Source of the DNA: Minisyncoccota bacterium
GTDB lineage: Bacteria > Patescibacteriota > Minisyncoccia > Phycocordibacterales > UBA9973
NCBI GenBank assembly: GCA_041663005.1
Contig: JBAZRK010000001.1
Span: 28,976 to 92,975 of the forward strand
DNA: 64,000 bases
Direction: 5' to 3'
The notes under the pieces were generated by a model. It did not search any database. It worked only from the letters and a program-made list of their open reading frames with translations, and had not been told where the DNA came from. The position numbers and the translations under genes are program-made. This document shows positions 25,387 through 33,926 of this stretch, piece by piece (position 1 is the stretch's first letter; the number at the start of each line of letters is the position of its first letter).

Positions 25387-26934
25387 ATGATTACTCCCGA
25401 ACTTGAAAGTTATATTAAACAAGCTCGCATACAAGGTTTAAGTGATATGCAAATTCACCAAAACCTCCTCTCGGGTGGTTGGAGCGAAGCAGATTTAAAG
25501 GAAGCTGGAATTTCTTCCCCGGAAAATTCAGTTCCAACTTCATTTCAAGCTCCTATGTCTGCCATCCGGCCACATTTAATCCAGCAGACAACTACACCCG
25601 GTATGTATATACAGAAAAAGAGCCACGCAGGACTTTACGCCCTACTGATAATTATCTTTGTTCTTCTCGGCGCCGGAGGCGGATATGCTTACTACAAGCA
25701 TATTTGGCCTTTCCAAAACGAACTTACTGATCAGTCGAGGGAGGGTGGCGTTCAAGTATCGACAGAACCCATCAATTCTGAGGCTCAGAAACAATTTTTT
25801 TCGAACGAATACTATTCGCTGACATACCCTGGCCTTTGGACCCACAATGACAAAGACGGGGTAGATTATTTCCGCGCCCCCGTCGAGGAAAATTTTACCG
25901 CCAACCTGAGCGTCGCGCGCATCTCTCCGATGGCACCCGGCACCACGATAAAACAAATAGCCGAAGCTTCTAAGGCGGCATGGGCCTCTGAGACACCGTC
26001 CTATTTGGTTTTAAGCGAGAATGAAACGGTAACTACAGAGGGAGATCCGGCTTACGAAATAGTGTTCACCTTCACGGATGCTTCCCATGGGGATTTAAAA
26101 ATAACCCAGAAACAATATATGGTTTTGGTAGGGAGTGATTATTTTGTACTGACTTCTACTGCCACCCCAGGGTTGTTTGAGAAATATGCTGAAGATTTTA
26201 AGGCCATTGAACAGTCTTTCCTCATCAAAGCTCTTCCAGTTGAGCAAGAGGTCGCCGCACCCAAAGCAGAACCCGGCGCCTTTTGCGCCAAAGAACCCGT
26301 GGGGCTCACTATTTGGTACTCCGGAGGAAATCTCGTAGATTATAAAAACCTAAACACGCTTCTCCCTAAAGGAAAAGTAATATTTGCTCCAGGGAAAATA
26401 GACACCGCTTTTGGATTCGATGGCCTGACGGGTTATCTCCAAGGCGGAAGTAACAAAAACAACGATCCTACTTCGGCGGGCAGTATTATGGCTTGGGTCA
26501 AAGTTAATTCCCTACCTTCTGCGTCCCATATTATGCAAATTGTGGGCAAGGGTAGTGAGGGCAAGGATTTCGATCTTCAAATCAACAAGGACAATAAATT
26601 TCACTTTTATGTCGGAGCAGGCACTGACGTAGCGTCGGACACAGTAGTGAAGACGGGGAGTTGGTATCTCGTGGCGGGAACATGGGATTCTTCTGGGCTC
26701 AAGATGTATGTTAATGGGGTATTAGAAGAAGATAAGGCTGTGAAGGTTTCTCGCCTCGCGAGTGGTCAAAATCTTAGAATTGGCAGCCACCCATCTTTCC
26801 CAGGCAGGTTTTTCAACGGTGCTATCAGCGAAATAATGATCGCAACCAAGGCGATAACCGCAGAAGAAATAAAAGCAGTGTATGACGCGGGGTCAAAAGG
26901 CGTGTGTCGCCCAGAAACTCCCCCCAAGATATAA
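25387..26934 (+). CDS. paralog family member C: conserved N-terminal module + TM + LamG/concanavalin-A-like lectin domain
   Basis: 515 aa; N-term MITPELESYIKQARIQGLSDMQIHQNLLSGGWSEADLKEA (same module as 2587 and 3471 genes); C-terminal GSWYLVAGTWDSSGLKMYVNGVL typical of Laminin_G_3 fold. Confidence 0.75.
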   Translation: MITPELESYIKQARIQGLSDMQIHQNLLSGGWSEADLKEAGISSPENSVPTSFQAPMSAIRPHLIQQTTTPGMYIQKKSHAGLYALLIIIFVLLGAGGGYAYYKHIWPFQNELTDQSREGGVQVSTEPINSEAQKQFFSNEYYSLTYPGLWTHNDKDGVDYFRAPVEENFTANLSVARISPMAPGTTIKQIAEASKAAWASETPSYLVLSENETVTTEGDPAYEIVFTFTDASHGDLKITQKQYMVLVGSDYFVLTSTATPGLFEKYAEDFKAIEQSFLIKALPVEQEVAAPKAEPGAFCAKEPVGLTIWYSGGNLVDYKNLNTLLPKGKVIFAPGKIDTAFGFDGLTGYLQGGSNKNNDPTSAGSIMAWVKVNSLPSASHIMQIVGKGSEGKDFDLQINKDNKFHFYVGAGTDVASDTVVKTGSWYLVAGTWDSSGLKMYVNGVLEEDKAVKVSRLASGQNLRIGSHPSFPGRFFNGAISEIMIATKAITAEEIKAVYDAGSKGVCRPETPPKI

Positions 26935-27061
26935 TCCGGCCTAGATTTTAGTCCACAAATAACTAAAAAGTAAACATGTTCGAGAAGTGGACGAACTAGA
27001 ATAATTATGTACTTTCTGCTATACTTTGAATCTGTTGAAATTTATTAGTTAAATTTATATT

Positions 27062-27175
27062 ATGGCAAAAAGAGGAACGACATTGAGCCCAAAGAACAAG
27101 TCCAGGCATTCTCATAAGACCAAGAAACGACTGGCAATTAAACACGAGATGCTAGTGAAAAAAGCAAAGAGGTAA
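27062..27175 (+). CDS. small basic protein (37 aa), possibly ribosomal-protein-like
   Basis: MAKRGTTLSPKNKSRHSHKTKKRLAIKHEMLVKKAKR; directly followed by a strong intrinsic terminator; weak resemblance to the NNRSHALNATKRRF region of bL28; below ORF-track length cutoff. Confidence 0.3.
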   Translation: MAKRGTTLSPKNKSRHSHKTKKRLAIKHEMLVKKAKR

Positions 27176-27185
27176 ATCGACAAAC

Positions 27186-27226
27186 TAAAATCACCCTTCG
27201 ATAAACTCAGGGTGATTTTAGTTTTT
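27186..27226 (+). terminator. intrinsic terminator
   Basis: aaaatcaccc ttcgataaactca gggtgatttt agttttt. Confidence 0.65.
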
Positions 27227-27255
27227 AGTATCGGCCATACTATATTGTTTTAGTT

Positions 27256-27468
27256 TTAAACGTATTCAACGTCATACATAGCTAGCGCTTCTTCAACGCA
27301 AGCCGAGCAGATACCAAATCGAACAGAAACTTTTTCATCAGCATCTTTTTCGAGTAGGTAGTCGGGTCTTTCGAAGTGCCACCTGTTGTCATACTTGAAA
27401 GCATAACACTTGCGGCACATTTCTAGTAAGTCGGTATTTAGAACTTGTTCCTTATGTTCCTTTAACAT
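27256..27468 (-). CDS. small Cys-containing hypothetical protein (CxxC...CxxC)
   Basis: 70 aa; CRKC and CSAC pairs suggest a Zn-ribbon; no family recognised. Confidence 0.4.
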   Translation of the reverse strand: MLKEHKEQVLNTDLLEMCRKCYAFKYDNRWHFERPDYLLEKDADEKVSVRFGICSACVEEALAMYDVEYV

Positions 27469-27760
27469 TTTGGTTGTTCCTCACTAGAGGAGGGCAAGTT
27501 ATTTGTAATTTATTCGTATTAAGCGACTATATTTTGTAGCAGATGCCAATTAGCCCATCTCTACAAATCTTAATACAATTTTAATATTAACTTTTTATAA
27601 ATATGATTGTCAACACGCAAAATATACATATTGGGCATATTCTGTGAATAAATTGTGCATAACTTTAATAAGAATTTAACATAAAGCATAATATTGTTTT
27701 AATCAAAGATGAAAGGAGAATATTGCAAAAGATAAAAAAGAATGGTATTATTTTGCCACT

Positions 27761-28429
27761 ATGACAATTTTAGTAATTGAAGACGAAGTAAAACTGGCTG
27801 AAGTGCTTAGAAAGGCACTTGTTGGCCAGCGCTATACCGTTGAAGTGGCGCATGACGGCGAGGCGGGTTTCAATAAGGCGCTAAAGAATAATTATGGATT
27901 AATAATCCTAGACCTGATGCTACCGAAAAAAGACGGCATGGATGTCTGTCGAGAGCTTAGAGAGCGACACATTCATACGCCTATCGTAATGCTCACAGCA
28001 AAAGGAGTCCTAGAAGATAGGGTGCAGGGACTTGATGTCGGAGCGGATGATTATATTATGAAGCCATTCGAAATGGAAGAATTGTTCGCGCGAGTGCGAG
28101 CGGTGTTGCGCAGAAGGAAAGTAAGTGACCCGCTTGTTCTAAAAGTTGCCGATTTAGTAATGGACACGAAGTCACACGAAGTCACCCGCGCCGGGAAAAA
28201 GGTTGCCCTAACTCCCAAAGAATATAAAATTTTAGATACTCTAATGCGCCAGAGTGGAGAGGCGCTATCTCGTGACCAGCTTATTAAAGAAGCCTGGGGC
28301 AATGACTTCAAGGAAGACAATCACGAGCTCAACGTGCATATGAGATATTTACGTACTAAGGTGGACAAAGGGAATTCTAAGCCGTTAATCCAGACAGTAA
28401 GGGGAGTGGGCTACATAATTAAAGAGTAA
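27761..28429 (+). CDS. OmpR-family two-component response regulator (REC + winged helix)
   Basis: 222 aa; ILVIEDE, DLMLP...DG, KP fold motifs; C-terminal wHTH (LTPKEYKILDTLMRQ, RYLRTKVD); no histidine kinase adjacent. Confidence 0.85.
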   Translation: MTILVIEDEVKLAEVLRKALVGQRYTVEVAHDGEAGFNKALKNNYGLIILDLMLPKKDGMDVCRELRERHIHTPIVMLTAKGVLEDRVQGLDVGADDYIMKPFEMEELFARVRAVLRRRKVSDPLVLKVADLVMDTKSHEVTRAGKKVALTPKEYKILDTLMRQSGEALSRDQLIKEAWGNDFKEDNHELNVHMRYLRTKVDKGNSKPLIQTVRGVGYIIKE

Positions 28430-28477
28430 TATTAAATTTATATTAACTCTTTACACAGGATTATTAACAGTCCTTGT

Positions 28478-29173
28478 TTGACGTGCTATAATGAAAATAT
28501 GGAACACTCAAAAAACAGTTGGGCTTGGGTTATCGGTGGGGCAGTTTTAATATTTACACTAGCATTTTTCTTCGGAGCTCGAGGCTTCTCAGACCAAGGG
28601 TCTTATGTGGAAGTTAAAGGTCTATCAGAGCGAATTGTTAAAGCCGATGTGGCTATTTGGTCGCTTAACTTTGAGGTAAAGTCTAATGATGTAGATAGCC
28701 TTTATGCCGGAATTGCCAAAAATACGGAGGCGATTAAGTCATTCCTGACTGCGAAAGGTTTCGAGGAAGCAGAAATTAACATTGCTCCAGTAAACATTTA
28801 CCAAGATACTTACCGTGACGCTTTGTTCCGATACAATTCGAATACACAGCTTTCCGTATATACCAAGAAAGTTGACCTAGTTCGCTCCGCCTCGAAAGAT
28901 ACTTTACTCTTAGTCAAACAAGGAGTTACCTTGAATCAAAATTCCATTGCTTTTGAATTCTCCGATATAAATTCAATAAAGCCGGAAATGCTAGCAGAAG
29001 CAATCAAGAACGCCAAAGCGTCCGCGGAGCAGTTTGCCACAGAGGCGGGTTCGGGTCTGGGGAAAATCACCCGAGGCAATCAGGGAGTTTTCGACATTTC
29101 CGACAAGGACCCAGGTTCGCCGGAATACAAGAAAATCCGAGTGGTTTCAACTTTGAGATTTTTACTTAAGTAG
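28478..29173 (+). CDS. SIMPL/DUF541 domain protein (periplasmic, signal-anchored)
   Basis: 231 aa; N-terminal TM; DUF541-like pattern through C-terminal QGVFDISDKD...IRVVSTLRF. Confidence 0.6.
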   Translation: MTCYNENMEHSKNSWAWVIGGAVLIFTLAFFFGARGFSDQGSYVEVKGLSERIVKADVAIWSLNFEVKSNDVDSLYAGIAKNTEAIKSFLTAKGFEEAEINIAPVNIYQDTYRDALFRYNSNTQLSVYTKKVDLVRSASKDTLLLVKQGVTLNQNSIAFEFSDINSIKPEMLAEAIKNAKASAEQFATEAGSGLGKITRGNQGVFDISDKDPGSPEYKKIRVVSTLRFLLK

Positions 29174-29175
29174 AC

Positions 29176-29625
29176 GTGCAAAATCAGAATAAAAAAATAG
29201 TGATGGTGAGTGGAGGTTTTGACCCGGTACATATCGGGCACGTGCGGCTATTCCAGGAAGCGAAGAAGTTGGGTGATGAGCTCGTGGTTGTAATAAACAA
29301 CGACAACTGGCTTCGCTTCAAGAAAGGTTTCGCGTTTATGTCGGAAATGGACCGAAAGGAAATTGTCGAATCATTTCGGTTCGTTGATCGTGTTCACATC
29401 ACTAGCCACGAAGAAGAAACGACTGATATATCCGTATGTCGTGAGATAGAGCTTATTCGGCCGCATATATTTGCCAATGGCGGAGATAGAAAGCAGGACA
29501 ACATTCCAGAATACGAACTCTGCAACCGCCTAGGCATCGAAATGGTTTTCAATGTAGGCGACGGCGGTAAAATCCGAAGTTCTTCTGAACTTGTTTTGAA
29601 AGCAAAAGAATTAATCAAAAAATAA
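29176..29625 (+). CDS. cytidylyltransferase-fold nucleotidyltransferase, RfaE domain II / RibL-like (sugar-1-phosphate or FMN adenylyl/cytidylyl-transferase)
   Basis: 149 aa, GTG start; GGFDPVHIGHVRLFQEAKKLGDELVVVINND matches G.FD..H.GHV..L..A..LGD.L.V..N.D signature of HldE domain II. Confidence 0.7.
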   Translation: MQNQNKKIVMVSGGFDPVHIGHVRLFQEAKKLGDELVVVINNDNWLRFKKGFAFMSEMDRKEIVESFRFVDRVHITSHEEETTDISVCREIELIRPHIFANGGDRKQDNIPEYELCNRLGIEMVFNVGDGGKIRSSSELVLKAKELIKK

Positions 29626-29626
29626 G

Positions 29627-30394
29627 ATGCTGCCAGATAAAAAAATTATTGCTTTTGACGTGGATGGTACCCTGACGGCAAGCAAAACTTTAATTACCGA
29701 CAGTATGGCGGCGTTGATAAAGAAATTAATAAAAGAAAGAGTGGTCGTTGCCATTGCTGGTGGGAGCTTCGAACAAATGAAGACTCAGTTTTTGCCGCCG
29801 TTTGTAAACGATAGTTCTATGTTGCCTTATATCAAGAATTTTACCTTACTACCTACGAGTGGCAGTCAGCGGTACGAGTATGATGAGAAGACGAAAGAAT
29901 GGCTTTTGACTGACAAAGAACCCTTGTCCGAAGAGGTAAAAGCCAGAGCCATAAGTTTACTGGAAGAAGTCATTCTTAATCCCGAATACGAGATACCCCC
30001 TAATCCTTATGGCAAGATTATTGAAGACAGAGATACTCAGATTACCTTTACTCCGAACGGTCAGCAGGCGCCTGTGGACGTAAAATTGCGTTTTGACCCC
30101 GATAGGCGCAAACGGCAAAAAATAAAAGAAATGCTTGAGCCACATTTATCGGAGGTTACTATTTTAATTAATGGGACTTCGAGCATAGACATTCTGCCGA
30201 AAGGTTTTAATAAAGCTGTGGGAATGAATAGATTTCTAAAGAAAGCAGGACTAGAGAAATCCGATGTAATTTTCGTTGGTGACGGGCTTTTCCCGGGAGG
30301 AAACGATTATTCTATATATGAAGACGGTTTTGAAACCATAGCAGTTAAAAGTCCAACAGAGACTGAGGCACTTATAGCGGGGTGGATTGGTTAA
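29627..30394 (+). CDS. eukaryotic-type phosphomannomutase (HAD-IIB, PMM family)
   Basis: 255 aa; FDVDGTLT HAD motif I; C-terminal FVGDGLFPGGNDYSIYEDGFETIAVKSPTET aligns with PMM GDKTMPGGNDHEIF...V..PEDT. Confidence 0.7.
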   Translation: MLPDKKIIAFDVDGTLTASKTLITDSMAALIKKLIKERVVVAIAGGSFEQMKTQFLPPFVNDSSMLPYIKNFTLLPTSGSQRYEYDEKTKEWLLTDKEPLSEEVKARAISLLEEVILNPEYEIPPNPYGKIIEDRDTQITFTPNGQQAPVDVKLRFDPDRRKRQKIKEMLEPHLSEVTILINGTSSIDILPKGFNKAVGMNRFLKKAGLEKSDVIFVGDGLFPGGNDYSIYEDGFETIAVKSPTETEALIAGWIG

Positions 30395-30424
30395 AAAAGC
30401 TTTTTGGGTTTATAATTAAAACAT

Positions 30425-30775
30425 ATGGAGGAAATCAAGCCATTTGAAGTTGTGCGTCCTTGGGGAAAATTCAGGCAATTCTCATCTAACGTTGTTAGTT
30501 CTGTGAAAATTCACGATGTTAGTCCCCTGGGTAAGTCGAGTCTCCAGAGCCACGGTAAGCGAGCGGAATTCTGGCATATTATTAGTGGTAGCGGGACGGT
30601 ACAAATAGACGAAAAGGAGCATATGGCTCACGCTGGGGATGAATTTGTAGTTTCACAAGGTATGAAACATCGCTGGACCGGAGGTCCTGAGGGGATGAAG
30701 GTTTTAGAAATAATGACGGGGGACTTCGTGGAAGATGACGAGGTTCGTTATGACGACAAATATGGCCGCGCTTAA
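30425..30775 (+). CDS. cupin-type mannose-6-phosphate isomerase (type II PMI C-terminal-domain-like)
   Basis: 116 aa; VVRPWGKF, AEFWHIISGSGTV, HRW.G cupin motifs as in ManC/PMI cupin domains. Confidence 0.6.
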   Translation: MEEIKPFEVVRPWGKFRQFSSNVVSSVKIHDVSPLGKSSLQSHGKRAEFWHIISGSGTVQIDEKEHMAHAGDEFVVSQGMKHRWTGGPEGMKVLEIMTGDFVEDDEVRYDDKYGRA

Positions 30776-31988
30776 AATGCAAAAGCCCCGACGCCCAAAG
30801 GGATCGGGGTCCCGACTGAAAACGTCGGGAAAAAAAGTAATAAAGAAGAAAAGTGTTGCCGTAAAAAAGAAAACGGTTAAGGTAAAGGTAGCAATAAAGA
30901 AAAAGATAATTGCCAAGAAAGTCATACGAAAGACTCCGGCTAAATCGCGAGCGAAAATTTTAAAGAAAAAAATTTCACTGCTTGAGCTGCAAAGGTCCAA
31001 GAAGAACCCAATAATTATGCCAGACAGTAGTCGCTACTGGGAATCGAAAGCCGCCTTTAATCCGAGTGCCATAGTGCACGATGGCAAAGTCCATATTATT
31101 TATCGGGCGATAGGCGAGAGCGATGTTTCGGTTCTGGGTTATGTGGACAGCCGCGACGGTCTTTCTTTCGATAAAAACTCCAAAATGTTGGCCTACTGGA
31201 GCAAGAAGAAACCCGCAATATATATTTCCGATCCAAAAGTTTTGTATTCTTCCGGCGGTGGTTGGGGAGGAGGATGTGAAGATCCGAGGCTCACACTTCT
31301 TGGCGACAGGGTTTATATGCTCTACACTCTGTTTGACGGCTGGGGGTCGCTGCGAATCGCTATGACCTCAATAAGCTTGAATGATTTCATCAACAAACGT
31401 TTCAACTGGAGAGAGCCGGTGCTAATTTCTCCTCCGGGCGAGATACATAAAAATTGGGTTTTGTTCCCGGAGAAGATTGGCGGTAAGTACGCCATTATGC
31501 ACAGCTTCGCGCCGAAGATTCTAATCGATTACTTTGATAGTTTGGACGAGCTAGACGGTAAAAAGTTTATTAAGAGTAACAATACTCGACCAATCGACAA
31601 GACTCGCACCTGGGACAGCTGGTTCCGTGGCGTGGGTCCTTCTCCCATTAAAACGAAATATGGATGGCTCATAATTTACCAAGCCATGAATCATCTAAAC
31701 CCGGACCGTTACCGCATTGGCGCCATGCTTTTGGACATCAAAGACCCGACGCGAGTTCTTTATCGTTCAAATGAGCCGATTCTTGAGCCCGAGGAATGGT
31801 ATGAGAACGAAGGATACAAGAGTGGGGTGGTGTATTCGTGTGGGGCAGTGGTGAAAGATAGAACGCTCTTTGTGTACTACGGTGGCGCCGACAAGGTTTC
31901 ATGTGTGGCTACTGCAGACTTAGATAAGTTCTTAAAAGAGCTTGTGCGAACCGGAACGACGAAATTAAAAAGTAGCGCTAAAAAATAA
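30762..31988 (+). CDS. GH130-family beta-mannoside phosphorylase/hydrolase with ~90-aa Lys-rich N-terminal extension
   Basis: ~408 aa (start 30762 or 30777; overlaps upstream stop); K-rich tail KKVIKKKSVAVKKKTVKVKVAIKKKIIAKKVIRK; GH130 core (AFNPSAIVHDGKVHIIYRAIG, CEDPRLT, YGGADK). Confidence 0.75.
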   Translation: MAALKMQKPRRPKGSGSRLKTSGKKVIKKKSVAVKKKTVKVKVAIKKKIIAKKVIRKTPAKSRAKILKKKISLLELQRSKKNPIIMPDSSRYWESKAAFNPSAIVHDGKVHIIYRAIGESDVSVLGYVDSRDGLSFDKNSKMLAYWSKKKPAIYISDPKVLYSSGGGWGGGCEDPRLTLLGDRVYMLYTLFDGWGSLRIAMTSISLNDFINKRFNWREPVLISPPGEIHKNWVLFPEKIGGKYAIMHSFAPKILIDYFDSLDELDGKKFIKSNNTRPIDKTRTWDSWFRGVGPSPIKTKYGWLIIYQAMNHLNPDRYRIGAMLLDIKDPTRVLYRSNEPILEPEEWYENEGYKSGVVYSCGAVVKDRTLFVYYGGADKVSCVATADLDKFLKELVRTGTTKLKSSAKK

Positions 31989-31997
31989 AAAGAATTC

Positions 31998-33926
31998 ATG
32001 TTTGTTGTAAAAAGGTCTCACCACAATCCGATTTTAGTACCGTACAAAGACCATTATTGGGAGGCGTATGCCTCTTTTAATATGAGTGTCGAGAAGCGAG
32101 GGCGAACGTTCTATGGGGTGTACCGGGCTATGAGCGCTGAAGATAAAATGCAGAACCCATCCCGAATCTCAAGTATCGGCTTAGGGAAAAGTTCAGACGG
32201 CGTTCATTTTAAAGATTGTGTTTCGTTTATATCACCCAAAGAAGAGTGGGAAAAATATGGATGCGAAGATCCGCGTTTGACGTATTTCGAAGGTAATTAT
32301 TATATTTTTTATACAGCCTTATCGAAATATCCTTTCGAGGCAGAGGGAATTAAGGTTGCGGTCGCCGTCTCGAAGGATATGAAAACAATCAAAGAGCGAC
32401 ATCTAGTGACACCTTTTAACGCTAAGGCTATGGTGCTTTTCCCCGAGCGGGTCAACGGCAAGGTTACGGCGATTCTCACAATGCATACAGATTCTCCGCC
32501 GTCTAGAATTGTGGTGGCTCAAGCAGATGAGGTTAAAGAATTTTGGGATCAGAGATTTTGGGAAAAATGGAACGAAAATATCGACCGTCACACCATTGAC
32601 CCGAGGAGGTTCCCGTCTGACCACGTAGAAGTCGGCGCTGTGCCTGTAAAAACTAAGGCCGGCTGGCTCCTCCTCTATTCTCACATTCAGAACTATTTTC
32701 CAACTGGCGAAAACTTAGAACGAATTTTCGGTATCGAAGCCGTGTTACTCGATTTGCATAACCCCGAACATATAATTGGACGTACGGAGGGTCCCATTTT
32801 GGCGCCTCAGGAGCCTTATGAGATGATAGGTCACGTACCTGACGTGATTTTCCCCACCGGAGCGGTCTTAAAAAAGGATAAACTTTTTATTTATTACGGA
32901 GCCGCTGATACTACCACTTGTGTCGCCCATGTGAATTTATCCGATTTGGTTGAAACAATGCGTCCGGAAGATATAAATTCGATGTATCGCTTCCGACGTT
33001 ACGAGGAAAATCCAATTATCGAGCCAGATCCGTCCCACGAATGGGAGGCTCAGGCAACCTTTAACCCTGCAGCTTTGAAAATTGGAAATACGATACATAT
33101 TCTCTATAGAGCACTTTCACCCGACAACACTTCGGTCATAGGTTATGCCAGTACAAACGACGGCGTACATATCCGCGAGCGGGACGCGGTGCCTGTGTAT
33201 ATACCCCGGGAGGATTTCGAAGCCAAGAAAGTCCCCGGTGGGAATTCCGGATGCGAAGATCCGCGCTTAGTGAAAATAGGTAAGATTATTTATATGTGCT
33301 ATACGGCTTACGATGGTATAAATTTGCCTAGAGTCGCTGTGACGTCGATATCAGAGAAAGATTTTGTAAATAAAAATTGGAATTGGGAAAAGCCAATTGT
33401 TATTACTCCGGCTGGCTTTGACGACAAGGACGCTTCTATTTTTCCGGAGCGAATCAATGGCAAATATTTCATTATCCATCGAGTGGGCGGAGAGATTTGT
33501 GGAGATTACCTGGAGTCTCTTGATTTTCACCACGAAACAGTTGATAAATGTATTCGGATTTTCGGTCCAAGATTAAACGCGTGGGATAGCTCTAAGGTTG
33601 GAATCTCTGCTCCACCTATGAAAACCAAGCACGGCTGGCTCTTGCTCTACCACGGAATTTCTAAAAATCACAATACGTATCGCGTTGGGGCGGCGTTACT
33701 TTCCTTGAAGGATCCGTCCATAGTGCTGGCGCGAACAACTGACCCTATATTTGAGCCAGAAGAACAGTATGAAAAGGAGGGAATAATTCGTAACGTGGTT
33801 TTCCCTTGTGGTATGGTAGAGAAAAATAAATTGCTCTATGTTTACTACGGTGGAGCTGACAAAGTAGTAGGAGTAGCGACTATTCACCTTGATACGCTCC
33901 TTAAGACGCTTTCGCGCGATCTTTAG
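31998..33926 (+). CDS. tandem double GH130 protein (two GH130 modules fused)
   Basis: 642 aa; module 1 (SFNMSV...YRAMS, CEDPRLTYF, YGAADT) and module 2 from ~aa 325 (TFNPAALKIGNTIHILYRALS, CEDPRLVKI, YGGADK). Confidence 0.8.
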   Translation: MFVVKRSHHNPILVPYKDHYWEAYASFNMSVEKRGRTFYGVYRAMSAEDKMQNPSRISSIGLGKSSDGVHFKDCVSFISPKEEWEKYGCEDPRLTYFEGNYYIFYTALSKYPFEAEGIKVAVAVSKDMKTIKERHLVTPFNAKAMVLFPERVNGKVTAILTMHTDSPPSRIVVAQADEVKEFWDQRFWEKWNENIDRHTIDPRRFPSDHVEVGAVPVKTKAGWLLLYSHIQNYFPTGENLERIFGIEAVLLDLHNPEHIIGRTEGPILAPQEPYEMIGHVPDVIFPTGAVLKKDKLFIYYGAADTTTCVAHVNLSDLVETMRPEDINSMYRFRRYEENPIIEPDPSHEWEAQATFNPAALKIGNTIHILYRALSPDNTSVIGYASTNDGVHIRERDAVPVYIPREDFEAKKVPGGNSGCEDPRLVKIGKIIYMCYTAYDGINLPRVAVTSISEKDFVNKNWNWEKPIVITPAGFDDKDASIFPERINGKYFIIHRVGGEICGDYLESLDFHHETVDKCIRIFGPRLNAWDSSKVGISAPPMKTKHGWLLLYHGISKNHNTYRVGAALLSLKDPSIVLARTTDPIFEPEEQYEKEGIIRNVVFPCGMVEKNKLLYVYYGGADKVVGVATIHLDTLLKTLSRDL

